Shown one piece after another: positions 1 through 9,719 of a stretch of 64,000 nt of DNA. The position numbers and the translations under genes were made by a program. This DNA is from Candidatus Marinacidobacterales bacterium. Its GTDB lineage: Bacteria > Acidobacteriota > Vicinamibacteria > Marinacidobacterales > SMYC01. The stretch spans positions 6,656,001 to 6,720,000 of the forward strand of contig OZ250169.1 in the NCBI GenBank assembly GCA_965237955.1. The letters are read 5' to 3'. How positions within the stretch are numbered: position 1 is the stretch's first letter; every line of letters begins with the position of its first letter. The notes under the pieces are model-generated. The model had not been told where the DNA came from. It worked only from the letters and a program-made list of their open reading frames with translations, and made no database searches.

Positions 1-1100
1 AGGCACGGCGAGCACGAAAGCCCCTGGAAAAAGTGAACGGCTTTGGGATCGAGACTGCCGTAGAGCGCCGGAGTTTCGGGCCCGAACAGGATGATGCTCG
101 GCATCGGCGTCATCGACGCAAAGTGGCCGGGGCCACCGTCGTTCGTCACCAGAAGCTCCGCAAGATGGAACACGAGCATGAGCTCGCGCACCGTTTTGGT
201 GAACCCGGTGAGATCGATGCAATTCTCGCGCTCGTCTTCGGGAATGTCTTCTTGGATCGCGCGCGCGAGCGGCCTGTCCTGAGCCAGTCCGATGATCCCG
301 ACGACGAAGCCTTCGCCGATCAGCCGTGAAGTCAGCGTCTTGAACGACGCAAGGGGCCACGCACGGATCGGTAACAGACCGCCCCCCGGGTGCACCAGCA
401 CCAGGCATTTTCCTTTCGTGCTCGGAAAGCTCATTTCCAGGTGAGCCCTGGTGGCGCCGAGCTCGCCGTCGCGAACCGACACCATGGACAGCGTGAGCTC
501 GCGGTCGAAGGTACGCCGCTTCACCGTCGGCGAACCCTTCCCATCGATCGCCTCTGCAAGCGTCAAAAACTGCTGCGCGATGTGCTGGTAGGGATTGTAG
601 GGCACCGGCCGGTTGATGAAGCTCCCCCGGTACAAACCCTCTTGGGTGTGGCGCTCGAAACCGACGCGCACCTCGGCCCCGCTCAGAAACGACAAGATCG
701 CACCCGCTCTCGCGAAAAGCTCGCAATCGATGACGGTATCGACACCGATGAACCGAAGCGTCTTCAGCGCGGACAGGCCGTCCTGCACGAACGTCTTCAA
801 CGAAGAGTTACGAATCGTGAGGATATTCCCTTCGGGGACTTCGTCGAGAACCTCGAGGACCTCCTTGTTTTGCTGGAACACGAGTGCATAGATAGACGCC
901 TCCGGATACCGGGCGCGCACGCTCCGGAACATAGGTTGCGCAAGCACGAGGCTTCCCATCTCCGACAACAGGATAACGAGGATCTTTTTCGGCGGCGGAG
1001 CGTCCGCGGCCCGGCGACGGGCCCGCGGGAGCAGGGACAAGAAACGACAGAGCGGCGCCCCGACGAAACGATCCAGCTTGCGTTGGAAGTCGACGTTCAC
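1..1100 (-). CDS. Glycosyltransferase family 9 (heptosyltransferase-like), 3' end runs off window
   Basis: Own translation from GTG at 1100: MNVDFQRKLDRFVGAPLC...KILVILLSEMGSLVLAQP...LLPIRAWP...LLVTNDGGPGHFASMTPMPSIILFGPETP, typical GT9 motifs. Absent from the ORF track because no stop lies in the window. Confidence 0.85.
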   Translation of the reverse strand, partial: MNVDFQRKLDRFVGAPLCRFLSLLPRARRRAADAPPPKKILVILLSEMGSLVLAQPMFRSVRARYPEASIYALVFQQNKEVLEVLDEVPEGNILTIRNSSLKTFVQDGLSALKTLRFIGVDTVIDCELFARAGAILSFLSGAEVRVGFERHTQEGLYRGSFINRPVPYNPYQHIAQQFLTLAEAIDGKGSPTVKRRTFDRELTLSMVSVRDGELGATRAHLEMSFPSTKGKCLVLVHPGGGLLPIRAWPLASFKTLTSRLIGEGFVVGIIGLAQDRPLARAIQEDIPEDERENCIDLTGFTKTVRELMLVFHLAELLVTNDGGPGHFASMTPMPSIILFGPETPALYGSLDPKAVHFFQGLSCSPC

Positions 1101-1310
1101 GGCTGTCGCTCACGCTCTTGTCGAAACCGCCTCATCACCAACTCCTGGCGGCGCTCACTCCACGATCGACAACACCGGTTGGCGCACGAGCGCCCGAAAC
1201 GCAATTTTGAAATCAGCTAGCACGACGGCGAGGATATCACCTGCGAGCATTCCCAGCGAGGCTCGAGAACGCAGCAGATTTCCTTGGCCAGCCCGATTAG
1301 AATCCACATC

Positions 1311-3257
1311 ATGATCGTTCGACACTCGATACTCGTAGCGGCCCTTTTTCTCGTGACCGCAGACGTGCGTGGCCAGCACGGCGCCGCCAACGGTGAGTGG
1401 CCGTATTACGGAGGCGACCTCGGAAGCACCCGCTACGCGCCGCTCGACCAGATCAACGGGGACAACATTTCCGAGCTCGAGATCGTGTGGCGATGGTCGG
1501 GCTTGAACCTCGGCCCCCGTCCCGACTACAACTTCCGCGCGACCCCGATCATGATGAACGGCGTCTTGTACACGACCGCGGGCTCGAGACGCTCGGCGGT
1601 GGCGATCGATCCAGCGACGGGAGAAACGCTGTGGTGGTATCGGTTCGACGAAGGCGAGCGCGGCGCTTCGGCCCCGCGCAAGACGTCCGGTCGAGGCGTC
1701 TCGTACTGGAGCGACGGTGACGACGAGCGCATCTTCTTCATCACGCCCTCGTATTTCATGATCGCCCTCAACGCCAAAACGGGGCGGCCTTACCCGGATT
1801 TCGGGCGAGACGGTATCGTCGACCTGAAAGAAGATCTCGATCAACCCATCGATCTCGTCAAAGACGCGATCGGCTCGAGCACACCGGGCATCGTCATTGG
1901 CGACGTCATCGTCATAGGGGCGGCGCTCCCGGCAGGCGACGCCCCGCCGACCAAGGAGATGCCCAAGGGATACATTCGCGGCTACGACGTGCGTACCGGC
2001 AAGCGAGAGTGGATCTTCCACACGATTCCCCAACCCGGCGAGCTCGGACACGACACGTGGGAAGGCGACTCGTGGAAATTCACCGGTAACGACAGCGTGT
2101 GGACTTCGATGTCGGCCGACCCCGAGCTCGGCTACGTCTACCTACCGACGGAGCTTCCGACCGGCGACTACTACGGCGGACATCGCCTCGGCGACAACCT
2201 GTTCTCGAACAGCATCGTGTGTCTCGACGCGAAGACGGGCGAGCGCGTGTGGCATTTTCAGACGGTGCACCACGGTATCTGGGACTACGATCTTCCGGCC
2301 GCCCCGGTACTCGCGGATATCACCGTGGACGGCAAAGACATCAAATCCATCGCCCAGGTTACGAAGCAAGGCTTTACTTTCGTCCTCGACCGCGAGACGG
2401 GCGAGCCGGTTTGGCCGATCGAAGAGCGGCCGGTTCTCCAGACGACCATTCCCGAAGAGAGAACCGCGCCCACGCAGCCGTTTCCAACGAAACCGGCGCC
2501 GTTCGATCGCCAAGGCGTCTCCGAAGACGATCTTCTCGACTTCACGCCCGAGCTCAAAGCCGAAGCGCTCGAGATCGCGAGCTCGTACACGCTCGGCCCT
2601 CTGTTCACTCCCCCGACCCTCGTGACCGAGACGCACAAAGGAACCCTATCGCTTCCCGGCTCGCAGGGCGGCGCCAACTGGCAGGGAGCCGCGCTCGATC
2701 CGGAAACCGGCATCCTCTACGTGTCGTCGTCGACGTACCCGACACCGCTCGGTCTCGTCCATGCACCGAAGCGCTCGAACATGGACTACATTCGAGAACG
2801 GCGACTCTTCCTGCCAGAAGGTGGTGGGCCCCAGGGCCTTCCTCTCATCAAGCCCCCGTGGGGACGCATCACCGCCATCGACCTGAACACCGGCGAGCAC
2901 GTGTGGATGGTGGCGAATGGCGAGGCGCCCGATTACGTTCGCGATCACCCGGCGCTCGAAGGGGTCGAGATCGGGCGGTGGGGGCGCCCCGAGCGAGTGG
3001 GGATGCTGGTGACGAAGACGCTTTTCTTCGCCGGTGAAGGGGCCGGCCTGTTTGGAATGTTCGGTGGCGGTGGGCCGATGTTGCGCGCTCACGACAAGCT
3101 CACCGGAAAAATCTTCTCGGAGCTCGAGCTTCCCGCGCATCAAACGGGCGTGCCCATGACCTACATGCACGAGGGCTTCCAGTACATCGTCGTCGCGGTG
3201 GGAAACCGAGACCACCCGGCAGAGCTCGTCGCGTTTCGGCTGCCTCAAGCGCCGTGA
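1311..3257 (+). CDS. PQQ-dependent (quinoprotein glucose dehydrogenase-like) beta-propeller dehydrogenase
   Basis: Signal peptide, then EWPYYGGDLGSTRYAPLDQIN, GRGVSYW, WHFQTVHHGIWDYD, PPWGRITAIDLNTG, PMTYMHEG.QYIVV. Start taken at ATG 1311. Confidence 0.92.
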   Translation: MIVRHSILVAALFLVTADVRGQHGAANGEWPYYGGDLGSTRYAPLDQINGDNISELEIVWRWSGLNLGPRPDYNFRATPIMMNGVLYTTAGSRRSAVAIDPATGETLWWYRFDEGERGASAPRKTSGRGVSYWSDGDDERIFFITPSYFMIALNAKTGRPYPDFGRDGIVDLKEDLDQPIDLVKDAIGSSTPGIVIGDVIVIGAALPAGDAPPTKEMPKGYIRGYDVRTGKREWIFHTIPQPGELGHDTWEGDSWKFTGNDSVWTSMSADPELGYVYLPTELPTGDYYGGHRLGDNLFSNSIVCLDAKTGERVWHFQTVHHGIWDYDLPAAPVLADITVDGKDIKSIAQVTKQGFTFVLDRETGEPVWPIEERPVLQTTIPEERTAPTQPFPTKPAPFDRQGVSEDDLLDFTPELKAEALEIASSYTLGPLFTPPTLVTETHKGTLSLPGSQGGANWQGAALDPETGILYVSSSTYPTPLGLVHAPKRSNMDYIRERRLFLPEGGGPQGLPLIKPPWGRITAIDLNTGEHVWMVANGEAPDYVRDHPALEGVEIGRWGRPERVGMLVTKTLFFAGEGAGLFGMFGGGGPMLRAHDKLTGKIFSELELPAHQTGVPMTYMHEGFQYIVVAVGNRDHPAELVAFRLPQAP

Positions 3258-3925
3258 TAGCGGCGGAGGAGGTCGCGGTACTCGGACGCGTGGAATAGCC
3301 GGTAACCGTTCTGTTCGAACCGCACGACGTCCTCGTCGTCGGGAAAGCTGAAGTAGGATTGCACCGGGTCGGCCGGTCGCCGCCATTCATCAACGATCGG
3401 GCCGGTGTCGATCGTGGGGTCGTCGATGTAGTGAAGCGTACATCCAATCTCTCGCGCACCCGCAGCGAGCGCGTGAAAGCTCGCCATGACACCGCGGTAA
3501 TCGGGAAGGATTCCCGAGTGGAGGTTCAAGACGCCCAACCTGGGGACGGTCAGAAAATCGGCCTTGAAGATACGACCGTAGCGGATCGAGACGACGAGGT
3601 CGAGCTCGAGCGCCCGCACCCGATTGAGAGCGACCGGCTCGTTGGGAGCGTTCATCGTCTCGCACGGAATACGGTACTGCCGCTCGATGAGCTGTGGTGT
3701 CAGGAGCTCGCCCCCTGACCCTTCTGACCCGATGAAAGGGAAGACGTGCTCGTTGGGAATGTCTTGTTCGATAAGACGGAGCACATCGAGGGCTTCGCCC
3801 GCCGGCGCGCGCCCGACTTTGTCGGAGTAAAAGACCGAGGTTTGATGCTCGGCGAGCCCAGCGACGAGATGGTTCAAGACGACGCTGCAATAGACGTCTC
3901 GATTGAGGAAGAAGGCGATGTTCAC
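3245..3925 (-). CDS. Formyltransferase family protein (Fmt N-terminal-like)
   Basis: LNLHSGILPDYRG and GCTLHYIDDPTIDTG formyl-THF-binding motifs. GTG start at 3925 assumed. Confidence 0.85.
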   Translation of the reverse strand: MNIAFFLNRDVYCSVVLNHLVAGLAEHQTSVFYSDKVGRAPAGEALDVLRLIEQDIPNEHVFPFIGSEGSGGELLTPQLIERQYRIPCETMNAPNEPVALNRVRALELDLVVSIRYGRIFKADFLTVPRLGVLNLHSGILPDYRGVMASFHALAAGAREIGCTLHYIDDPTIDTGPIVDEWRRPADPVQSYFSFPDDEDVVRFEQNGYRLFHASEYRDLLRRYHGA

Positions 3926-4282
3926 GCGATATTCACGGACCTTCACAGAGTAGTCGCTTCATTGAATGTAACCCAGTGCTTTCAGGTTCCGTGTCGTTTC
4001 CTCGTCCAGATCGACACGATTTCGTCCCGCGGTGAACGGCAAGTACCAAGTTCGTAGCGCGCTGTCGTCGTCGGCGTTCATGAGCTTATCGGCCTCGGCG
4101 ATGGAGACTTCGAACTCTTTCGGCTCGAGCTCGAGGCTCGTCACGGGAACATCGTCCGCGCGCACGTCGAGTGTTACCGGCGCGCGCCCTCAGGCCGTGT
4201 CTGCACAACGAGATGACGCGCCTTGTCGTCAGCGGTGAAGGCGGACGTGAGGAGGCCCCCCCCGGGAGCGAGCGTGAAATCG

Positions 4283-5727
4283 GGAGGTGCCCCCACCATA
4301 GTTGAAGGTTCGAGGTGGTGGCGGCTCCTGACACATGGTTTACCCGACTTTGGCGTGCTTGTCGAGCGCTTGATTCTCAGTGACCTCCGCTAACTTCGCT
4401 TCGAGGATCGGTAGCGATTGGTATCCAATGATACGACGGAAATTTTTCTCCGTGGCGAGCAGAGCCGAAGCGGCCCATCTCAGAACCATCTTGCCATTGC
4501 GCCAGCGGGTGACGCGACGGGTACGACCTCGCGCACCGCTGAAGCACGACTCGATGATGTTCGTCGACCCAAGGCAGCGTTTCAGAGATGCGGGGAGGTC
4601 GAGCTCGTTGATGGTGAACATCTCGTCGAGCCCCTCCCGGATGCTCTCCGCCGCCGAGGGGTAGTCGTCCTCGAGCCACTTCGCCTGTTGCTCCAACCGC
4701 GCTTTGCCCTTCTTTGCTGGGAGCTGCCAGGCCGAACGCAGGCTCGCTTGCACTTGCGGCTTCAGCTCCTGCGGCAGATAACCGAGCACATTGCGCTCCT
4801 TGTGCTTCCTGCAACGCTGGACCTTGTTGTGGGTACCGAACACAGCGTCGACGGCGACCCGTAGCGCCTTGGAGCCATCGATCACGAACAGCCGACACCG
4901 CTCTGGGCTCAGGCCTCGTTCGACCAGGTCCTCCAGCAGCGCCTTGCACACTATCTGGTTCTCCGATGCTCCATCCCGAAGCCCCAGAACATGCTTGTAT
5001 CCCTCTGTATCTACGCCGATTGCCGCCAGAGCGTGGTGCACGCCGAAGCGAATCCCGTCCAGGTACACGACCGCGATCTCCAGCTCGTCCAGCGGACGCT
5101 CCATCAGCCCCTGCAACTGCTCCGCGCTTGCTTCCACGAACTCACGGCTCACCTCGCTCTTGCTAACCCCTACCGTCTCCGCCATCTCGGGAAGAACCGA
5201 CGCGTACTTGCGCGTCGACACACCCAGCATCAGGATTTCCCAGATGCGTTGGCTCAGCCGAGACGAGTTGTTCACCGCTTCGTAGGCAGGAATCGCAACC
5301 TCCCCTCCCTCTGCCTTTCCCTTACGCCGCAGACGTGGCCGGCTCACTCTCAACTTCCGCTCCGCAAGGCTTACTACGCCACCCTGCCGGCCGTGCCAGC
5401 GAACATCGCTACCCTTCTTCCCCGGGTGTTTCTCCCCAGCCACACTTTGGGCTGACAGATCCAAGACCGCTTCGATCGTCGCTCGGCCAGCAACGTCGAT
5501 CACTTCGTCGATCGCTATCTCGGTTCGCTCAATCGCATCCAAGAACGGCAACAGAGCTTGCCCCTTCGAGCTCAGTATCTCTCGAAGCTTCTTCCTGTTC
5601 TTCGCATCGATGATTTGGTGATTTGACATCGTGGTGGCTCCTTTCTTTTTCCTTCACAGCCGGATTCTATCGAACCCGGCCTTAGGAGCCGCCACTCCTA
5701 ACCTTCAACTATCTCAGGGGCATCTCC
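4283..5727 (-). mobile_element. IS256-family insertion sequence, copy 1 (1445 bp)
   Basis: Imperfect terminal IRs GGAGGTGCCCCCACCATAGTTGAAGGTT... / ...AACCTTCAACTATCTCAGGGGCATCTCC. 8-bp direct repeat TGAAATCG at 4275-4282 and 5728-5735. Confidence 0.95.
4340..5629 (-). CDS. IS256-family (Mutator-type DDE) transposase
   Basis: GVSTRK, VYLDG, VIDGSKAL, QRCRKHKERN, STNIIES motifs; 429 aa. Confidence 0.95.
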   Translation of the reverse strand: MSNHQIIDAKNRKKLREILSSKGQALLPFLDAIERTEIAIDEVIDVAGRATIEAVLDLSAQSVAGEKHPGKKGSDVRWHGRQGGVVSLAERKLRVSRPRLRRKGKAEGGEVAIPAYEAVNNSSRLSQRIWEILMLGVSTRKYASVLPEMAETVGVSKSEVSREFVEASAEQLQGLMERPLDELEIAVVYLDGIRFGVHHALAAIGVDTEGYKHVLGLRDGASENQIVCKALLEDLVERGLSPERCRLFVIDGSKALRVAVDAVFGTHNKVQRCRKHKERNVLGYLPQELKPQVQASLRSAWQLPAKKGKARLEQQAKWLEDDYPSAAESIREGLDEMFTINELDLPASLKRCLGSTNIIESCFSGARGRTRRVTRWRNGKMVLRWAASALLATEKNFRRIIGYQSLPILEAKLAEVTENQALDKHAKVG

Positions 5728-7655
5728 TGAAATCGTCGCCCGTCGCCATGGCGAAGCGGAATGCGTTGACGATTTCGGCGTCGCCCACGATGCGAGCCTC
5801 GACCACGACGCGTGCGCCACGGTCCTCGCCTCGAATCGAGAGGTGAAGCCCGTGTTGGCCGAGTTGGACGAAGCGCTCGATTTCAGGGAGAAGACGCATC
5901 GCGTCCGCGGGCGCGTCTGGGAGCAAGGAAGTGTGCTCGCCAGCATCGGCTTCCAAATCGAACAGGCTCTCCGAGAACTCCGGCGCCAGATTGCGGACAT
6001 ATTTGTAGCGCTCGCTTCGGACGGAATAGCTCACGTGCTGAGGCGCGACGAGCTCGGCAAACGAGGGCCGGTTCGTCTCGTGCGCGGCTCTCGAGAGCGC
6101 GGGAACGATCTCGCGATTACCCTGGAACGTTTCCGGAGGCTCGATCCCGGCGAGCTGCAGAAGTGTCGGTGCGATATCGACGTTGCTCGTCAGCATCGGG
6201 GAGCGCTCGCCCGCAAACCGTGAGTCGGGAAACTTCAAGATCCCAGGGATGTGTAACGCCTGTTGGTACAGCGTTGTACCGTGGCGAGTCGCACCGTGCT
6301 CGCCGAACTCCTCGCCGTGATCCGCGGTGACGAAGATGGCGGTGTTGTCGTAGAGATCGAGCTCCTTCAAACGGGCGATCAGCTTCCCGAGCTCCCGATC
6401 GTTGTAAGCGAGCTCGTTGTCGTAGAGCTCACGGTCGCGCTCGAGACCGGTGCTGCCTTCGGAAACGAACACTTCGTCGAATGGTGGACGCGCACGGTAT
6501 TCGTAGTGCAGGTCGAGCGAATGGAGGTAGAGAAGGAACGTGTCGTGGCGGTGCTCTTCGAGCCAGGGAGGACTCCGGCGGTGATGTCGGCGGCGTCGGG
6601 CTCGAGCGCGTTCGCATGCGTTCGCGTGGTGCGCTCCTCGAAGCTCCTGAGATCCGCCCAGCGATCGAAACCCTGGTTAAAGAAGAACACTCGCGGATCG
6701 ATGACCGGATTCGCGACCCACGCGGCCGTGGTATAGACCGCACCGCGGAACGCTTCCGCCAACGTCGTCCGCTCCTGGGACAGCGCATCGTCGACGGTGC
6801 GCGCTTGGTGGTAGATCGGAAGCAGCGACGTGAACAGGCACGCCGTCGACGGCTTCGTCCACGGTGCGCACGACGCGAGATCCTCGAAAACGACACTATC
6901 GGTGGCGAGCGCGTCGAGCTCGGGTGTCGTCGGCAGCTCATAGCCGTACGCGCCGACGTGATCGGCACGCAAGCAATCGATGACGTACACGATGACGTTC
7001 GGCCGCGATGGGTCATCGGCCCGTCCGAGCACCTCGGGGTGCGCGAGCATCACCGTGCCCTCGCCGTCGAAGGCAAGCTCGAGCTCCATCGACTCGTTCG
7101 AGAACGCTTCGAGGTCGATGTTCTCGTCGACCCAGTCGCGAGCCTCTTCCCAAGCTCTTTCGTAGGCAAGCTCGCCGTTCACCGTCAACGTCACCGACAC
7201 GGCGGCCTCGGGTGGACGTATGGCGAGACCGAACCGAAACCGCGGCGAGCGGACACCGTCGCTCCGAAAAGCGATGCGCGCCGGCGCCTCGAGAACCACG
7301 CTCGGCCGGCGGTCACCGTGGATGGCGGCGTCGCGCACTTCGGACGGAGTGCGGGTGCCAGCGACGACGGCATCGAAACGCCCCATGCCCGATGCGTCGA
7401 CTTCGCTCATGTCCACGAGACGTTGGTGGACGCTGTAGCGGGACGTGAACGGGTTGCAGCCGGCGGTCACCAGCAGAGCTAGGGCGAGGAGTCTCGGCAC
7501 TCGGCGGATGGTAGACGGACCGACCGGCGCGCGCAAGCCGGGCGTGTAAAGGCGAGCCGGGATGCGGCCGACGCATGACGGATATTGCGGGATGAGTTGC
7601 GCCAGAGCTAATATCGCGAGACTGAAGTCCAATCTCAGAAGTAAGGCGGTCCGCA

Positions 7656-9638
7656 ATGTCCATCCTCAAACTGATCCCCCGTTTCACTTTCGTCCTCCTG
7701 ACGCTTCTTGTGGGCGCTCCCGGCCTCCTGGTCGCACAACGGCGCGCACCGCTGACGCCGGAGCAGAAAGCACAACGTGCAGAGCTCGAGGAAGAGCTCC
7801 AGGAGATCGCCGTCGTCGACCGCAAAGTGATGGTGCCCATGCGCGACGGCGTCCGCCTCGCGACCGACATCTACCGGCCGAGAAACGCAACCGGGACGGT
7901 GCCCATCATCTGGTCCCGTACTCCTTACAACTTCAACTTCTGGGACGTCAAGAACCACGTGCCCGCGGACATGGCGCGCGCACTCACCGCCGTGAAGCAC
8001 GGCTACGCGTATGTCGTCCAGAACGAGCGCGGGCACTTCTTCTCCGAGGGCAACTACGACATCCTCGGCGCTCCCATCACCGACGGTTACGATGCGCTCG
8101 CGTGGATGCAGGAGCAGCCGTGGTCGAACGGGAAAGTCGGAACAACGGGCTGCTCATCAACGGCGGAGTACCAGATGGCGGTCGCGTCGATGGGTCATCC
8201 GGCCTTTGCCGCGATGAACGTGCAGGGTTTTGGCGCGGGCGTGGGTCGCGTCGGGCCGTACTACGAGCAGGGCAACTGGTATCGCGGCGGCGCCATCCAG
8301 ATGCTCTTCATCGCGTGGTTGTACGGTCAACAGAATCAGGTGCGGCCGATGTTCCCGGAGGACACGGGCTCAGAGAACCTCGCCGCCGCCGCACGGATGT
8401 TCGACCTGGCCCCGCAGATGCCCCCGGTGGATTGGAGCAAGGCACTGACGCATCTTCCGGTGCAGGACATCATTCAAAACGCCCAGGGCCCGCGGGGGAT
8501 TTTCGCGGATCCGATGCCGGTGGACACGGGCGGACGTCTGATTCAACGCGCACCGAACGACCCGACCTGGTACAAGGGCGGCCTGTGGCACGATGATATG
8601 CAGCTCGAAGTGCCCGGCCTGTGGTTTATGTCCTGGTACGACGTGTCGATCGGCCCGAACCTGGCGATGTACAGCCACGTGAGGAACAACGCGTCTCCCG
8701 CGATCGCCGACCAGCAGTGGGCGATCGTGGCACCGGTGGCGCACTGCGCGTTCCGACGCGCTACCAAGGATACTGTAGTGGGCGAGCGCAGCATGGGCGA
8801 CGCGCGCCTGGACTACGAAGAGATCGTCTTCGGCTTCTTCGATCGCTTCTTGAAGGGCGAGGCAAGCACACGACTCGACACCCTGCCGAAAGTCACCTAC
8901 TTCACGATGGGCTCGAACGAGTGGCAGTCATCCAACACGTGGCCGCCCGAGGGAGCCGAGGAATTGACGCTCTACTTGTCGAGTGGTGGAAAAGCGAACT
9001 CGCTCTATGGTGACGGGGAACTGGCCGCGGCGCCGCCGGACGCCGACCGGCCGGACTCGTTCGTCTACGACCCCATGAACGCCGTGCCGTCCTATGGCGG
9101 CAACGTCTGTTGCGCTGGCAACGCCGTCCAGGCCGGCTCGTTCGACCAGCGCAAGATGGAGGCGAGGCAGGACATCCTCGTCTATACCACTGAGCCGTTC
9201 CCCGATGGCATCGAAGTGAGCGGCTCGATCACGCCCACGCTCTACGTATCGTCCGACGCCAAGGACACCGATTTCACCCTGAAGGTCCTGGACGTCTATC
9301 CGGACGGAAGCGTTTACAACCTCGACGAGACCATTCAGCGAATGCGCTACCGCGACGGCTACGACAAACCGCTCGCGTGGATGGAGAAGGGCGAGGTCCA
9401 CAAGGTGACGCTACAACCGCTCAACACGAGCAACTACTTCGCCCCCGGCCACCGCCTGCGCATCGAGGTTTCGAGCAGCAACTTCCCGCGCTTCGATCGC
9501 AACCTGAACACCGGCGGCAACAACTACGACGAGTGGAGCGCCGTGGTGGCGAGAAACGCCGTGCACCACTCCAAACAGTACCCGTCGAGTATCACGATCA
9601 CGGTGATCCAAACCGAGAGCCCGGCGTCCCAGCCCTAG
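7656..9638 (+). CDS. CocE/NonD family serine hydrolase
   Basis: [58 protein letters not shown]; signal peptide. Confidence 0.92.
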   Translation: MSILKLIPRFTFVLLTLLVGAPGLLVAQRRAPLTPEQKAQRAELEEELQEIAVVDRKVMVPMRDGVRLATDIYRPRNATGTVPIIWSRTPYNFNFWDVKNHVPADMARALTAVKHGYAYVVQNERGHFFSEGNYDILGAPITDGYDALAWMQEQPWSNGKVGTTGCSSTAEYQMAVASMGHPAFAAMNVQGFGAGVGRVGPYYEQGNWYRGGAIQMLFIAWLYGQQNQVRPMFPEDTGSENLAAAARMFDLAPQMPPVDWSKALTHLPVQDIIQNAQGPRGIFADPMPVDTGGRLIQRAPNDPTWYKGGLWHDDMQLEVPGLWFMSWYDVSIGPNLAMYSHVRNNASPAIADQQWAIVAPVAHCAFRRATKDTVVGERSMGDARLDYEEIVFGFFDRFLKGEASTRLDTLPKVTYFTMGSNEWQSSNTWPPEGAEELTLYLSSGGKANSLYGDGELAAAPPDADRPDSFVYDPMNAVPSYGGNVCCAGNAVQAGSFDQRKMEARQDILVYTTEPFPDGIEVSGSITPTLYVSSDAKDTDFTLKVLDVYPDGSVYNLDETIQRMRYRDGYDKPLAWMEKGEVHKVTLQPLNTSNYFAPGHRLRIEVSSSNFPRFDRNLNTGGNNYDEWSAVVARNAVHHSKQYPSSITITVIQTESPASQP

Positions 9639-9675
9639 AGGCTTTCAAGGTCGATTCGAGTGCGGCGATGGAGCG

Positions 9676-9708
9676 CTTGGCGCTGTGCGCCTCGGCGACT
9701 TTGCGTTT
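9676..9708. repeat. Single arm of an ~8-mer (CTTTGCGC-like) REP-type tandem repeat between convergent genes
   Basis: CTTGGCGC-TGTGCGC-CTCGGCGA-CTTTGCGTTT resembles the right arm of the 58063-58149 hairpin. Confidence 0.5.
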
Positions 9709-9719
9709 CTTCTTTGCGT

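Larger units (their letters stand above)
3959..7500 (-). pseudogene. Sulfatase-family lipoprotein split by IS256, with indels at ~6567 and ~4185
   Basis: Lipobox TAGC; PNVIVYVIDCLRADH; APWTKPS; TADHGEEFGEHG; C-terminal LKALGYIQ in the 3959-4165 piece. The frame resumes across the target duplication (TGDDF|TLAPGGG). Confidence 0.88.

Noticed and set aside
390-1220. 276-aa plus-strand ORF
   Set aside because: Antisense shadow of the GT9 gene; no motifs.
1155-1250. Minus-strand peptide DFKIAFRALVRQPVLS resembling the N-terminus of acidobacterial ABC permeases
   Set aside because: Only ~30 codons; at most a remnant, too short to support.
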